A DNA stretch of 63,636 nucleotides, the filler included, from Rhabdomonas costata (taxonomy: Eukaryota), in the NCBI GenBank assembly GCA_019059605.1. It is 17 parts of 17 records of this genome, joined end to end, with 100 filler letters (N's around TTAATTAATTAA, not from the genome) between each part and the next. Parts side by side here need not be neighbours in the genome. Positions count along the whole stretch, not along the records: positions 37,491 to 41,135 come from JAHMHO010000643.1; positions 41,236 to 44,942 come from JAHMHO010000644.1; positions 45,043 to 48,681 come from JAHMHO010000645.1; positions 48,782 to 52,421 come from JAHMHO010000646.1; 13 more parts are not named here. The stretch is one strand, 5' to 3'. Shown piece after piece: positions 37,391-52,000 of this stretch (position 1 is the first letter of the stretch; each line of letters opens with the position of its first letter). The position numbers were made by a program, and so were the translations under genes. Under the pieces are notes generated by a model. The model saw only the letters and a list, made by a program, of their open reading frames with translations. It searched no databases and had not been told where the DNA came from.

Positions 37391-40300
37391 NNNNNNNNNN
37401 NNNNNNNNNNNNNNNNNNNNNNNNNNNNNNNNNNTTAATTAATTAANNNNNNNNNNNNNNNNNNNNNNNNNNNNNNNNNNNNNNNNNNNNGGTTGGGGTT
37501 GGCTTAGCATGGGCTTTCCGCAAAGCACACATTTCCTGTTCAGAGAAGGCTTCAGTGCAAGGATCTTTGCCGTTTTAAACGGGACACTCGCAACAAAAAA
37601 CTTACCTTGACCTTGGATGATGCCACTGGCCCGTTGGAAATCAGGAGTAAAAACGGGGCGCCAGGGACCCAAAATTCGGAGAAAGCGGCCTTTCGTGCCC
37701 ATAACATTTGCCTGTGGGGTTCCGAGTGGAGGCGACATCAAGAGAGGGTTGAATTGTGTGCGTTGTTAGGGGGAGGGCTGTTGGTGTACCCAGCACATGC
37801 TTTCGGTCCAGGCGGATGCTGCCCGTGCGCAGGCGACGAGCCCTTCCTGGCTTTACGCCCCCGCCAGCAAGGGGAGAGGGTCGGCTGGACGCGTGCTGGA
37901 TGGGGCTTCCCCGAGACACCGAGGTCCCGGTGAGCGGGGAGCCCGACATGTCCGCGCTGGCGGTGAAGCTCGAGGAAGCTACCAGGAAAAAAAGCAGAGC
38001 CTTTTCGGCACTAACCCTCATACCAAACGGGGTGGCGGGGGGCTGCTGCAACGTTGGATGAAGCAGCAGCCGGGTTCGCTGAAACCCAACAGAGAGAAGT
38101 GCGAGATTCGGGGTGCCCAGAATCATCACCCCGGAAGTCCAAGGAACCCAGGGTATACCGCGCATTGCAGCGGGATAATTTTGTTTGGCTCGTGAATTGA
38201 ACGCTATCCGGTTGTCCACCTCCTCGGAACTGCCTCCTTTGTTGAAGGCCTTCGTCAAGCGTCAACCGAGGTCGATCCCAACTTCAGGCTGCAGGCTGCC
38301 TGAGGGTGTGTGTCAACGTCTGTATCCCCAACCAGCTGGCCACTGGTGTCCCTCCCTGTGCGCCTTATGTGGTCCTTCATCCATGGACGTTAAACCTGGG
38401 ACAATGGGCCCGTGCGGAAGGAGCCGAGGAATCATCACGGCACTGTGGTTCCTGCCAGTCGGAATGCAAGAGGCAACCCGCAAGGAATCGAATGTGCGGG
38501 TGCCCGAGTACGCTTTCTTTGACGCGTGCATGTAAGCCTGGGATGTGAGCAGGCGGTGGACCTTGGCCAATTGTGTGGGGAGCAAGCACCCCCCTACAAT
38601 AGGGTTCATCTTGCGACGCATTCAACCCTGGATCCATCCATCTTCTTTTCTCCTCGCAGTACCAGAGAAAAGCCTCTGACACGAGTGCAAGTGCAAGCAG
38701 CTTTCTTCGAAGGGGGTTTCCTTATTGGAGGGCAAAGCCGAAGCAGGCCATACAATACAACACATACAATACAACCAGTATTTTGCGGTAAGCTGGTGCA
38801 AGTGCCGGGGTTAAAATGACGGCTTCATTTGGTGTCGATACGCACTGAAAAGAAAAGGAGAAACGCGAGTAAGCAATTGAACCACCAGTTCAGCGTGACA
38901 GGTTGTCCAGAGGCAGTTTAGCCAATAAAATGCAAAGAAAAAGCCAGTGAGGTTTTTTCATAACAGAGTGAGGTGTATATCTAAACAAACAAACTCGCCA
39001 TTGCAGAAGAAACCGATGCACAAAAAAAAGCTGAGATGCATCTGCCGCGAGTCAGAGGGACAGAAAACAGCATAAGCCTTTTCTGGATGACGCGCGTACC
39101 AGACTTGAAGCTTGCCAGCTTCATCTTGCGCTTGTTCCAGTCCTCCTTCAAGTCCCTGCGTCGCAATGCAACGATTGCCGTGGTGCGTCTTTGCCGAAGA
39201 CACTCTTGCGTGTGAAGTTATCTTTCCTTTGCACCATCTCATAAAGCTCAGAATTCATGGAATTTCTTAAATTCTTCTTGGAAAGCTTTAGAAGATCTGA
39301 GTACGCTGGTTTTTACGGGGGGCGGGTGAAAACTCTTGGAATCTTGAGCTGACTGACTTCCAGTCATACCTCAAACTGCTAAGTATTGCTGTAAAGCGGA
39401 GAGTCGTTCAAAAAGCAAATAAAATAGCACTGAAGCAAGAATGGGGGACAACCTGACAGCTGAAGAACTGCTCTCCATTGTTTGGTGAACTAGCGAACAG
39501 AGAACATCGTGGTCATATCAATAGAGAACACAAAGAGTAAGTCGCAGGCCAGGCACTCCGGCACCCAGCCACATACACCCACACACTACTCAACACAAAA
39601 ATTTCAAAGAGCAGGCCTTGTTTTTTCAAATAAAAAAGAAAGTGAAGACTGTCAACCTTTTTTGCGAGTTGTCGAGTTGTATCATCGTGGGAAGCGCAGC
39701 CCATTACCATGTTTTGCATTGTTTTGCATTGAAGATGTTTTCTTGCCTTGTTATGTGAGTCAGTGCTTCCCTGTGATTTGCTTTTGCGTATTATGCAGAA
39801 TGTTCTGGGTGTTGGTTGCGCAATCAACACAAAAAGCACCACCGTTCAACCCTTTATTGACGACTTCACAGACTTGGTGAGCTCCCCTCTCCCTGGTAAT
39901 GGTGAAGTTAAAAAGACGAGGCGCTTACTGCTACCTTAGAAAAGACAATATTGACCAGAAAATGTCGATGGTGTTTACAATCAACACTTTCTGCGCAGTC
40001 TTTTGCATTGTGGATTAGGATTTTCGACCCAGCAGGTTTTGATTCTCAAAAATTGCACCAAGCATCGGATTCACATTTTTGACCAGCATTCAATAGAATA
40101 GGACTTGCCCGTTTGTGGGAGGCCTTTCATGGGGGGCTCGAAGATTCGGTGATCAGGCGGTAGGCGGAGCCCTGGGTTGGTTTGGGGTTATCCAGAGCAC
40201 GGGTTTCGGTAACCTTTGCCAAGTCCCCAGCTCACGTTCTCTTAGAAAGGAGGTTCCCAGGAGCGTAGCGGAATGATTGTCATTTCCAAGAGGAGGTTCT

Positions 40301-41235
40301 TCTTTGACGCCCTCTTCTGATAATCCACTTTCCCAGAAAAGACAATAATGTTCACTATCAGAAAAGAGTGAACTCTATCCAAAGGCGATAGTGAGTCGAA
40401 AAAGTCGATGGTGAATGCTATAGTCTTCAAAAGACGATACGCAAAAATGTCGGTTGCGTTATGTGCACGTTTTGAAAGACGATGATGAACACAACCAGAA
40501 CAGACTGATGATAAGGGGTTCCCATAACAATCTGAGTTCTGTGAGTTTTCACGCCTTCTGAAATGGCAGAGCAAAATAATTCCTTCCGGCAGACGTTCAG
40601 AACCGACTTTTCCAGACTTCCAAAAAGCTGTGAACAAAAGGCACATGAGGTGTACTTTACAGAAGTATCACAGCAACTGCTCTGCACAGGATAGGACAAC
40701 CCAACGAACGCCCGATATGCATTTATTTCCTCACGGTGAAGCCAGAGTACTGCGATTGCCGTACAGGGCCTTCGGAGCTTATCTCACATTTGTCAATTCT
40801 GCTCCTCGGCGAGCCCGTGTGGCTCAACCTGCAAATAAAACAAAAGCTATATTCACCAAATGTCAGCCTTACACACTTATTGCAGTACAAATGGCAAATA
40901 ATTTTTCGGAAACTGCTTGCCGGAGGGCTCTTTTGGACCCTTAGGTAAAGTCCTCCCCCTGAACCAGCACCTTCTTCCCTTGCTCGGGTGTTAAGTCTCC
41001 AGGAGGCCCCCTAAAAGAGTCAAATTTGACCTAAAACGACCATAAAATGCTCAAAAATAGGCAAAAATGGGCAAAATAGGCTGCAAACAAAATAGTATAT
41101 GTGTTGCCAATTTCGCCCCCTTATCCCCCCAAAAANNNNNNNNNNNNNNNNNNNNNNNNNNNNNNNNNNNNNNNNNNNNTTAATTAATTAANNNNNNNNN
41201 NNNNNNNNNNNNNNNNNNNNNNNNNNNNNNNNNNN

Positions 41236-44030
41236 AACTTTGGGCCCAGATTGACCGGATTGTTGTCGTGGTTATCCCCATTGGCTTTACTATTGAGTTT
41301 GTTGAGGACCTGCTGCTGTGGACCACACCACTGTATTCATGGGCGGCGATATTGGGCTGGTGGCTTCTATGCTGGACTATTCAACCCTGGATGGTGCCCG
41401 TGAGCATCCCGTTGGGGTGCCTTGCCGCTATTCTTGCGAAGAAGAAATTAGGCCATCTGCAAGATGATCTTGTTTTTTCCTCTGAACGCATGGGCGCCGT
41501 CGCGTCCTCTGATTTGGACAAGGCTAGCACCGATTGTTTCAGTCCCACTTCCTCTCCTTCTTCCTCACCTGGTCCGACGTCTGGCCTTACTCCCAGCACT
41601 CAGAAAAAGCCTGCGCGGAAAACCACCGAGTCTCCTCTGCGTCGATCATCTTCACTCTCCATGGGACAAGCCAACGGTGAACGTTACGTCCGCTTTAGCG
41701 AACGAACTATCCCCCGTCCTGTCCGGTTGCGTGCGATGCAGAACGCCCAGAATCTGCTGAGCCTGGCCGCAGACGTGGCGGACTTTTTGTGCTGGGTCTG
41801 GGAAGTTCCTCTCAACGATGACCATACCTTGACGTATGCGGCAATCGCGTTTGCGGGTGTCCTCATTGTCTTCTCCTGGGCAGTGTATTTCCTCCCCATC
41901 AGGCTTCTCTTCAGCATCAGCCTCACGGTGGTGTTGATTGCGGGAAATTCCTCGGTGCGAGCGCTCTTCTTTCTGATGGCGTTTATGGTACAGCATGCCC
42001 GCCGGATGAGGTCACGTCAGGTTACCGCCGAGGCTCGAACTCCAGAGACCTCCGAGCCCTCCGAGGAGGACCTGCTCCGCCCCCGAGGCTCGATGAAAAG
42101 CGGTGTGTTTGTGGAGTCAGTGTACGAGATTCAGAAGTGGTGGATTGGTCGAGGGTGGTGTCATCACCAGTGGTACCCGTACAGCATGGCAGATTTTGTG
42201 GATCCGCCTGCGGGATGGCGGTGGAAAGGCCTGTGGTACGTCGAGGACAGTCGGTCCGCCAATCCCGAGGGGTGGTATTACGCGCAGGGCTTCGTGGTGG
42301 AGAACTTTCACCTGCATTGCGGGGTTGGGGACTTTGTTCGGCGACGGACGTGGATTCGCTCCCGAGTGAAGGTCAGCGGGGAGGCTCAGCCTGCGGGCAC
42401 AAGTAGCGGAAACCCCCCCTCCTTAGACAGCGGGGACGTTGGGAAGGCAGAGACGGTGGCCCCTGAAGGCTCCCAGAATGGGTCGGTTGCCTTCCCTTTG
42501 GAGTCAGCATCGGCCGATCCCCCTCCAGAAGACAGCGTTGTGGTCTGTGACCTGGTTGGGTTTTATGAGTATCAACGGTGGTGGCTAGGCCGAGGGTGGT
42601 GCCAAAATGGCTGGCAACTGTTTTGCCACCAGGCATCTCCAGACCCGCCCTCGGGGTGGCGATACAATGGTTTGCGCTGCACGGACGACGACGACAAGGA
42701 TGAGGGGTGGCGGTATTCCCGAGTCCTGAGCAGCGAGTACCACAAAGGGGCCAGGCATGGTGACTTTGTGCGCCGACGCACATGGTATCGCACTCGGATC
42801 CGTTTAATCGGCACCGCGGACCCGGAATACACCCCGCAGGATACCGAAGCTGACACGAAGGACCCCGCTGAGAAATATCCGAACGGAACGATTGTCAACA
42901 GCGATGGGTCTGTTACGGAGATTCTTGTTGGGGTACATGAGTGCCAGCGATGGTGGCCCGTATACGGATGGTTTGCAGACGGATTGAAGCCCTTTAATGA
43001 AGGGAGATCATCATATGCGCCGGAAGGATGGCGGTGGAAAGGGCTGAAGTGTTTACAAGATACGGGCGATAGCAATGACGAGGGATGGATGTATTCCCGT
43101 TCCTATGCGGCAAAGTTTCACAAGGGCTGTGGAGCAGTGAACGTCGTTCGTCGTCGTACATGGTGCCGCACCCGAGTTCCGGTTAAAAAGGAGTCACCGG
43201 AGAATGAGCCGAAGCCAGCAGAAAAGCCAGCGCGGCAAGGAGTGGAGGTGTCTTTGCAGACGTCTCCAATCAAGGTGCCGACATCTCCTCTGAAGACGCC
43301 GGAGGGCTCTCCTGGAGAGCCTCGCGTGGAGCCCGCTTATCCCGAGCAATCTTCCACTTCCCAGTCGCCCCTGCCTGAGGACACCACGTCGAAAGAGCAA
43401 ATGGTTCAGCCCTCACCCGCGAAACCCGGATCGCGTCGAAGGATGTGGCCCTTCGGCCGACGGGAAGCTTCCCACGTCACGATTCCCGCTACAACATCGT
43501 CTGTTGCCATGTGCGCTGAGTCCATTGGATCCGAGTCTAACCAACTTCCTGCGAGCCCATCCTTGCCAAGCATGATGGTTGCGGCCGAGAATGTGGCAGT
43601 GGGCAAGGAGTCGAGTCTCCAGACCCGAGTTTCCTCTCCCAAAGTGTCGATGTCTGCGGATGATGCTCCAGAAGTGAGCCGACCGCTCAGTTTTTCCTCC
43701 GATGAGTCCAGGGAAGCGGGCGTTGCAGAGCCTGAGCCGAGTCAGGTTTTTGAGATACAGCGGTGGCGATTCGGGCGAGGATGGAGTCGGCACGGGTGGG
43801 TTCCCCGGTCCTGCGCGGAGGTGACGCAGGCTGGTCCTCCTGAAGGGGAGGAGTGGGATGGGGAATGGTTCGTCTGTGTTGCAGACTCCTCGGACAAAGA
43901 TGGGTGGATGTATGGGTCCAGCGCTGCGGGCCCCTTCCATGAGGGCTGCACAAAGCCCGATCGGTGGAGGCGCCGTGCGTGGAACCGAAAGCGGCGAGCG
44001 GTTGCCTCCGCTTCAGTGTCAGTCAAGTAA
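41236..44030 (+). CDS. Pex24/Pex30-like membrane protein with four dysferlin (DysF) domains; 5'-partial terminal exon
   Basis: ORF of 920+ codons. N-terminal hydrophobic hairpins (LLLWTTPLYSW..., MQNAQN..., LPIRLLF). Four repeats of (Y/H/F)E.Q(R/K)W...GW..P.GW.W...D..D.EGW.Y......VRRR.W.R.R at ~42120-42368, 42561-42800, 42933-43178 and 43746-43997. Confidence 0.85.
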
Positions 44031-44518
44031 GTTGTGTGGTGGCTGAGTATTTTTCATCCCATTTGCATTTGTTTTCAATTTCCCGTCTGGGCCTCCAGCA
44101 ACTCTCCTTCGTCCAGTGCTGTAGTTGATAATGAGTATAGTGAGATATTTTGCTGATTGTAACTACTGCCTCTTTCCGGTATAACTGCCAGCTGGTCGTT
44201 TGCTTGTCGGAAACTTGAAATGTGCAAACCTCTATGGTTGAACCTTTCTGCCAGCATTTGTGAAAGAGTTTGCCTTATTGGCATAACTTCTTGTCCAAGT
44301 TGAAGCCAGGACGAACCACTAGGTTTGCGCTTTGAGGAGTGTTTCCCCGACTTGGTGGAGATCCCGACACAATTTTTTTTTCCGATTCAAGTCAATAGAT
44401 ACAGCACAAAACGGTGGGGGCAACGGCTTGACTCTGCCCTTTTATTCGGGTAACTTCGATTCTGTGCGCCCGCTCTCTTTTCGGGGTCGAGGGTTGCCTG
44501 TTGTTACTTTGGAGAGAG

Positions 44519-44521
<3 letters not shown>

Positions 44522-44549
<28 letters not shown>
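44522..44549 (+). repeat. (GT)n microsatellite
   Basis: About 14 GT units, read directly. Confidence 0.9.
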
Positions 44550-46635
44550 AGTTTTTTACTTCGTTTTCGGGAGGGGCGACACCACTGCAGAACCCGGGTA
44601 ACCGCCGTAACCCCCTCTCCATCATCCCTCTTCAATAGCTCTTCCTTGGTTTTTTTCCGCTTTGGGCCGTACCGTGTGTACCGTGTGACGCTGTGCTGGT
44701 TTTTATTTGTTCCCGTCGCCTTTGCCGCGGCAAGCAACGGCTGGTGCCCAAAACGTGCACTGTCATGTTCTCATTTACTTAAAGACTGCTCAGTCCTCAC
44801 TTGAAGACAACCACAAGAGTTGTTGATGGGAAGGGAATACAAGTGGCTGAATCGCCGCTAAAACGCCTTCAAATTATAAAATCCGTCTTCGCTCATCGGA
44901 ACTTCCATTTCGGTTCTTAGAGGATATTTCGAGCCAAAAAAANNNNNNNNNNNNNNNNNNNNNNNNNNNNNNNNNNNNNNNNNNNNTTAATTAATTAANN
45001 NNNNNNNNNNNNNNNNNNNNNNNNNNNNNNNNNNNNNNNNNNACAGCAGTCAGCGAAAGAAGGGGAGGGGAGCGTAGGGGAGGGGAGGGGAGGGGAAGGA
45101 GAGATGGTGATGGACAGAAACTGTTCTCAGGTCTCCGACGGGGGAGCGCACCACTGTGCAGAGGAAACGACCACTGAGACCGAGGGTCTAATGAAACTCC
45201 ATTTGGTTTCAAAGATATCGAGGAGCGATTTGCTTTACTTTCCAGCCCCATTGGAGTGACATTTCAATGCGCATGAGTTTGTGTCGCCTTGGGGGATTTC
45301 TGTTTCTGTTTCGCTGCCCGTCTCCTTTCTTTGCAGTCTTCCACTCCCAGCTGGCCACAGCACAGTCCCGCCAGGCCCTTGGGCAATGGCCCCATTGGTT
45401 CCAGGTTGGCACTCTCATCTGCTGGTTTGGCGTGAGTGGATCCAGTTTGAAGCGGAGGCGATGAACGTTAATTTGGGTCAGAGATGGTGTTGCCGGGGGG
45501 GGGGGTTCTGGGATGTGGTGGTGCAGGGATCCACTTTTTCGTTCGATTATGCCAATACTGCGTCCTCAGAAAATGACTCTCACCCACACTACCAAGTGCC
45601 ATGTTTATTGAGAGGCCCCAATGTTTGGAGGTCGATGTGTGCAATGCCGGATTTTTGCGAACCTGCTGATTTACGATGGTTTTTTTTGCCGAAGGGATGA
45701 AGCATAACGTGTCTTCGGAATACATCTCGCGATTCACGCGCACTCTTTCACTTCGAATTTCACCTTCGCATCCAACTGTTGCTTGCTGCTGGTCGTTGGC
45801 AGGAGCGCTGCCGTGCTTGATGCGATTTTGCACGCACGCACCAGCTGGTCCGCTTCTCTAGCGGGATTATCCCTTCCCATTCCCTCCCTTGCGGCCCTTT
45901 CGTCTCTGGGTACCCACTCCGCGGGGACTGGGTCAGGGGCACCAGCACCCAACCTGCCCCCGCCTCTCTCCGCGCCTGGCCCCGCCTCGCCTGCTTCTGG
46001 GGTAATGCCGACCGTGGCCTTCCCTCGATGCCGCGAGTATTTCATCGGGAGTCCCACGAGGAGTGGGGGTGGATCCTTGCCGCTGACCCCTGAAAACGGA
46101 AATCAGGCATGGCACTGTGTGGAGCATAATCGAGGGGGGTGGCGTCAATCACCACGGGCTTCACGAGCGAATCGATTAACATCTGTAATTTCTTTGTGCA
46201 GCGTCTTCCTGTACTACAGTGCGTTTTTTGAAGACGCATCCGGGGATCAGGACATGACAGTGTGCGGTAATGCGGAAGGTGATGATCTCACTCACAGGGT
46301 CTGCACATGGGAAAACGTATGAAAACGACACTGACTAAAAAAAAGGATCTGTTATTTCGCTTCGGATGCATAAGAAGCAACCAGGCTGACAAAATTTCTT
46401 TGAACCTATACACCAACCAAAGCCCGAATCGGGGGGTTTCCGTAACACATCCCTCACGGTTTGAGGGGAAACCCGGGAAACGTTCACTCCGAGACACTGC
46501 TCCCGAATGTTCTTGGTTTTTGACTTTATTGGTTCGGAATTATTGGGTTGAGGGTATGCAGTGTGACGAAGCATTGTTAGCGATTATCCTTGCTTATATG
46601 ACAGCACGAAACCACCCCTGGTTTGTGTCATTCAG

Positions 46636-48500
46636 GAACTGGTTTTGCAGCTCAAACGTGAGCTGGATGCTTTCAAGCAGGCCACGGCTGCGGACCAGCA
46701 GCACTCCGCCGCGTACGGTAGAAACACTCGGCTCACCCCCCCCCCCCCCCATGATGATCTGTGCTTGGCAAAGTGCGGGTGTTGACGTCTTCCCCGGAAT
46801 GCCATGGAATGCGGAAAAACGACGCAGTCTCACATTTCGTTTTTTTCTACAACTGAAGTTGAGACATGGGCTCTCCAGTTGACAGGCGACACACCACACA
46901 CACATACAGACACACACGTACACCCACACCCACACCCACACTGGGATTCTAGCTGAACGAATACTGCCTGTTCTCGTGGTGCTCTTGTCCTGCCCAGCTT
47001 CTCAACTCACTCCTGGTTCAACCACTCCTGGTTCAACAAGGCCCGACAATGGTTGAAGTCCATGTAAGTCGGTGGAGTTTGATCTGGGGTAGTTTTTTAT
47101 TTTTACAAGTATTCACGCAGTGACCGCAAACAGTGTATGAACGTGGATACGGTCCTCTCTGGATCGGTTCCCCCTTCGGCTTTCTGCTGTCTCCTTAGTT
47201 CTGTGTTTGTGTTGCAGAGAAATTCTTGTAACTGTGTGAGCCCATACAGGCGTTGGCTTCCGTCTGTTGTGTTGTTTCCCAATTTGACACACGCCCGCGT
47301 GTTTTATTCGTGGTGTCTGTTTCCCATTTCAGTTGCTCGGCTAGAGCAACAACTTCGAGAAATCCAACTCTCCGCTTCCCAAAAGCAGCAAAGCCTCGCC
47401 GAAGAGGTCTGTGAATGGACGGATTGCGAGATACCTGGCCTCATTAATTTATCTATTTCACCCAAGCTGCACAACGATCATCCGCAACCTTGCATCCTTT
47501 TTTCTCCGTGAAATATTCCGCCTTTTTTTTTTTGAAGGATCCTACCACAGTATTGCGTATATATGTGTGGGGGTGGCATGACTGGGTGGCTCCCAATTTC
47601 ATTCTTTGAGTTGTGGAAACGAATTCACCAACGATGGCACTTCAGCAGCAATACAAAACGAACGCCTTTTTCCTACCAAGGATGTTACCTTTTTAGGGTG
47701 CTGTTCGACAAGGCACGAGGCGCAAGGAAAAAGACAACGCGAAACTACTTATTCCAGGGCGGAAAGTAACGTAACCAGTGGACGAGCTAGAAAAAGCGGT
47801 GCGAGGCTGAAACTCGACCCCCCCCCCCGTGAACCAGTTTTGGTCCGTGAACCACTAACGGTGCTCAGCGGACCTTTCACATTTTTCGCCCAACAAGTTT
47901 TCGGTTTCCTATCTATAGGATTTTGTCCTGTGTTCCCAGGTAGACTCTCTGAAGACTCACAAACCGTGCTGCATTTCTCAGCTGCTGTCGCCGCAGCGCG
48001 GGTACAGTGTTGCGGGAGTAAGGGGTGATTTTGCTTCTCTGCAAAGTGGGGTCAGTTTCTCGCGGACTGACCAAAGTGTGCGAGTTTTCTCATAGTTTCT
48101 CTTGCCCTTCCATGTTTTATGAACAAACCCCCCAGTTTGGTTTTCGATTGCTTCCCTACACACTGGCACTGGCTGAAGGTGCCCAAGAAAAGGTCGCAAA
48201 ACTGTTTTGACGAAGTTGAATCGGGGGAATGGTTTTGAATTATGTACGATGTGGCAGAAGAGTTGGAAATTTCATAGCTGATGATATTCTGCCTTTGGGG
48301 GCAGGTATTCCACGAGAGTGAGCATTGAGTCCAGTCCATTGGGCAGCACTGCGCCCGGGGATGTCTCCTCACTGCACGAGGCTCTGGCCCTGGGACCCTG
48401 CCCGCCAAGCACCAGATCTCTGGACACGACCCCAAGGCCCTCCCCTTCGCTGGCTCGGCTGGAGCGGCTGGCTGCCGTCGGGCCGTACTCACCCTCTCGA
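46636..48500 (+). CDS. Hypothetical coiled-coil protein, internal exons (46636-46717, 47332-47406, possibly ~48305-48500)
   Basis: ELVLQLKRELDAFKQATAADQQHSAAY/VARLEQQLREIQLSASQKQQSLAEE joined in phase by a GT-AG intron. Heptad-like composition. Confidence 0.5.
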
Positions 48501-49065
48501 GGTGTTGGAGTATGGGGAGTCGAACCGGAAATGGAAAGGAGGGCCTCATCTGTACGAAAGCTGTGCAAGACTGGGAGGATAGCTCTGACAGCCGCAAGAA
48601 AGGGGCTCACGAATCATCTCGCCGTGTCGAAAGTGCACTTGAGTTGTGCGCTTGGGTGTCGCGTTTTTTATCCCCCTGACANNNNNNNNNNNNNNNNNNN
48701 NNNNNNNNNNNNNNNNNNNNNNNNNTTAATTAATTAANNNNNNNNNNNNNNNNNNNNNNNNNNNNNNNNNNNNNNNNNNNNGGGTGGTTGTGACTTGGCG
48801 GATAGGTTGGTGGAGGGTTGGCGGCAGAGTCCTATTTTCAAATCTTTTGGCGTGACCATGCATTTTGTATCTCGCGCCTGCATGTATTAGGGAGAAATGT
48901 GAACACTCTTAAAGCACTCGCCAGAGTGATGTTAACTCTTTAGCCCGTTAACCCGCTGACCAACTCAAATCATTGGTGGGTTCCTCAGGGCGCCAAGGTT
49001 ACTGTTTTGTGCTCAAGCAGCGGACTGGTACCGTTGCTTTTTCCCCTATTTGGGGGTACGCTTAG

Positions 49066-52000
49066 GGCGTCTCCATTGAGCTCCAGGGCTCGCTCATCGC
49101 CAGCGTGCAGTCCTCCCTGCAGACCTGGGTGGATCGCGGGGAGACGGCCGTGGACCTCATGGTCAACAACATCCAGGCCAGCGAAGCTCCAGGAGGAAAT
49201 GGCGCGGACGTTTCGCAGGCCGCCGCCACTCTTCGGCAGCTGGAACAGGCTGTGTTCACCACAGTGAAGACGTGCCCCTGGATGTTTGGAATGAATATCT
49301 CAATCTACTCGGACGTTTTCGGCGGGTGCGTGCCACTGCTCTTCTCTGGCTCTCACTTTTGATGTGATGCGAAAATGCAGTGTGAACAATTTCTCTTGGT
49401 TTCATGCATTCCAGGACTGGGGTGATGCAGGAGGTGGTCTTTGGGTGGTACAACTACAACTTCATGACCCAGCAAGTAACGCCGACGCTGTACAGCACCC
49501 CAGTCTTCGCGAATTCCTTCCTCAACGCCACCACGGCGCTGCTCTGTGAGGTGAACTCCACCACGGGGCAGCCTTTGCTCTGCTTTGACCAGACCAACCT
49601 CGCCATGCTGACCTACCGCTCCCCCCTTCCTGGGGGCCTTCCAGAGCAGCCCACCTGCCAGTGGATGAACCGCATTGCCTTTTCTCTTCTGATTGGGCTT
49701 CCCGACACGTACCTGGAGTGCCGGGTTCCCTTTCATGACCGCCGAGGGGTTTTTGTCGTGGGGATGGGGGCCAGCGTGTACACCATCAGCAGCATGCTGC
49801 TTTCCCTGGTGCCGAAGCACGGCGACAGGCTGTTTGCGATTTTCCGCACCAATGCGGGGACCATGATTGGGGCCTCCCATGGGAAGTTCTTCTCCCACTC
49901 CGATATCGACTACAGCCAGAACGACCCCTTCGCAAATCCCGTACCGATCAGCGACTTCCAGCTCTACAGCGCAGTGAACTCCACGGACCCCACCATCCAA
50001 GCGGCGGCGTACTGGCTGCTGCAACAGTATCAAAGCTGGTCCAGCATCCCTGAGCTCAACGCGACGGTGAGCCTGGTGACGGGTACCTTCTGGATCTGCT
50101 CGGTGCACATACCTGCAAAGGTGTTTCGTTAGGATCGCATTTTATTCGGGGGCTCCGTATGTTTTTGTATTGCTTTGGTCCCCGCGCTTTGTCACTAAAT
50201 TGTATGGGGGGCGTCATCGGAAATCGGGGTTAGGACCACTTATTTCGGCCGAAAACCTCACCCTATTCGCTGGGTGACATCCGCCATGGTCACTCCCGGA
50301 CCGGATCCGACCGGAGACCTAACATTGACCTCAGAACTCGAGCTGGAGTGACGTATGGTGGTGCTCCTGAGATGAGTTAGTTGGCCGCTTCCCGGCCTCA
50401 GACTCCTTCTCTACGCCGAGGTATGACCCCTTCAAGGTCCCTTTTTTTTGCCCAAGGGCATTGTCGACATTTTAGAAAGTTTTCAAGGGCCCGGGGTGGC
50501 ACTTTTCGGACCTTTGCAGGCCTGCATATTGAGATAAGCTTTCGGCCGGGCCTGCTTAGCATCCCTAAGGGTAGAGCCCAGGAGTACTTCATGCTGGCAC
50601 CGGAGCGGCCGGAATGCACATGTTTAGAGCCACCCTAAGGTCATTTTTGCCCCCCCCCCCTTTTTTTGCCTTTACACAGGCTTGCAAGGTCCGTTTTTTT
50701 TCTCGCTTGCTCTACCTCGGGCTTGGGTTTTGATAAGAGAACGAACTGTAGGCTGGCACACCGTCCGCCCACCTGCACGCCGGTCTGCCAGCACTGATTA
50801 TGTTTTTATCATTTTTTTTGCTTCTTTTTTAGTTTATACTGTACATTAAATTAAAGCATTTCTTACTGAATAGCAAAAAGGGAGTCGTTTTTTACCCAGC
50901 CCGCTTATTGCATTGACGTTTCCCATGTTTGTACCTTTGGTATTATGAAAACTATATAATCTAATATCCCACATGTGTATGTATACGTTTATACGTACAT
51001 ATGTCTGTACACACGTATGTATACGATGTATGTACCTACGTAAGTTTGTGTGTGTACCTGTGTGTTCGTTTGCAGGTAATTTAATGCATTCCGCCTTATA
51101 TGGGTTGCACCCGACGTTTTTTATTTTCAGTTTTTAATTCGCCACTGTTGAAAGACCAAACTGAACCTCTGCTAAATTGAAAAACCGCCGTAAAGTGAAT
51201 GTATTCATCGTTCGCGAAAAATGTAACTATCTTTTGCTCAACTGACAACCAACCCGGAAAGGTTTTGGTTCCAGAAGGTTGTGAGCCGACTGACTTTTAA
51301 GGGATGTCGACAAGCGTCAACGTTATTTGGGAACTTGCCAGAACGCTCGCTCCCTCTTCGTAGACGCCTCCCAGTGTGTGGAGGATCTTGCCTTCACCGC
51401 ATTGCCGGCCTTTCACGCGCTTCTCGTTTGTAAAAGAAAAACTTACCAAGCAATAAAAGCATCTTGTGAACGGGATGAAAGGCGTACCGTTCACCATGTT
51501 ACGTGGTGGGAATTGTGGGATAAACATTTTCTCAAATACACTATACCTGCCTTTGTGTCGTTGCTGCCACGTTTTTGCCTGTATTGCAATGAACCGCACA
51601 CCCCTGTGCCGCCTGACGCAGTACGGGCTGATGTGGCAAGTCTTCCTGCTGATCGATGTGGACACCCGCCTGGGCCCTGTGGTGGCCCAGAACGAACGGG
51701 CCGCACAGGACGTACGCCGTACCAACGCCATCCTGGTGGGAATCCTTGTGGCCGTGGTGGTGGTGGCCGGGGGGATCGCTGCGGGGGTTGCACTGCTGCT
51801 GTCGTGGCCTTTGGAGCGGCTGGCGAAGGGGATGGGTCTGTTGGCGGTGCTGAACCTGGAGGACCAGGAGCTTGCTCTTGCATCTCGACCTTCGGTGATC
51901 TCCGAAGTTGTGGGGTGCCAGAAGTCGTTCAGCGCGATGGAGCGGTAGTTTTCGTGTTTTTTTTTGCCCTCCACTCATCATCCTCACTTGAGCTTATCAG

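Noticed and set aside
37800-39250. GC-rich exon-like blocks on both strands of contig 37491-41135
   Set aside because: I could not build a consistent gene model or recognise a domain.
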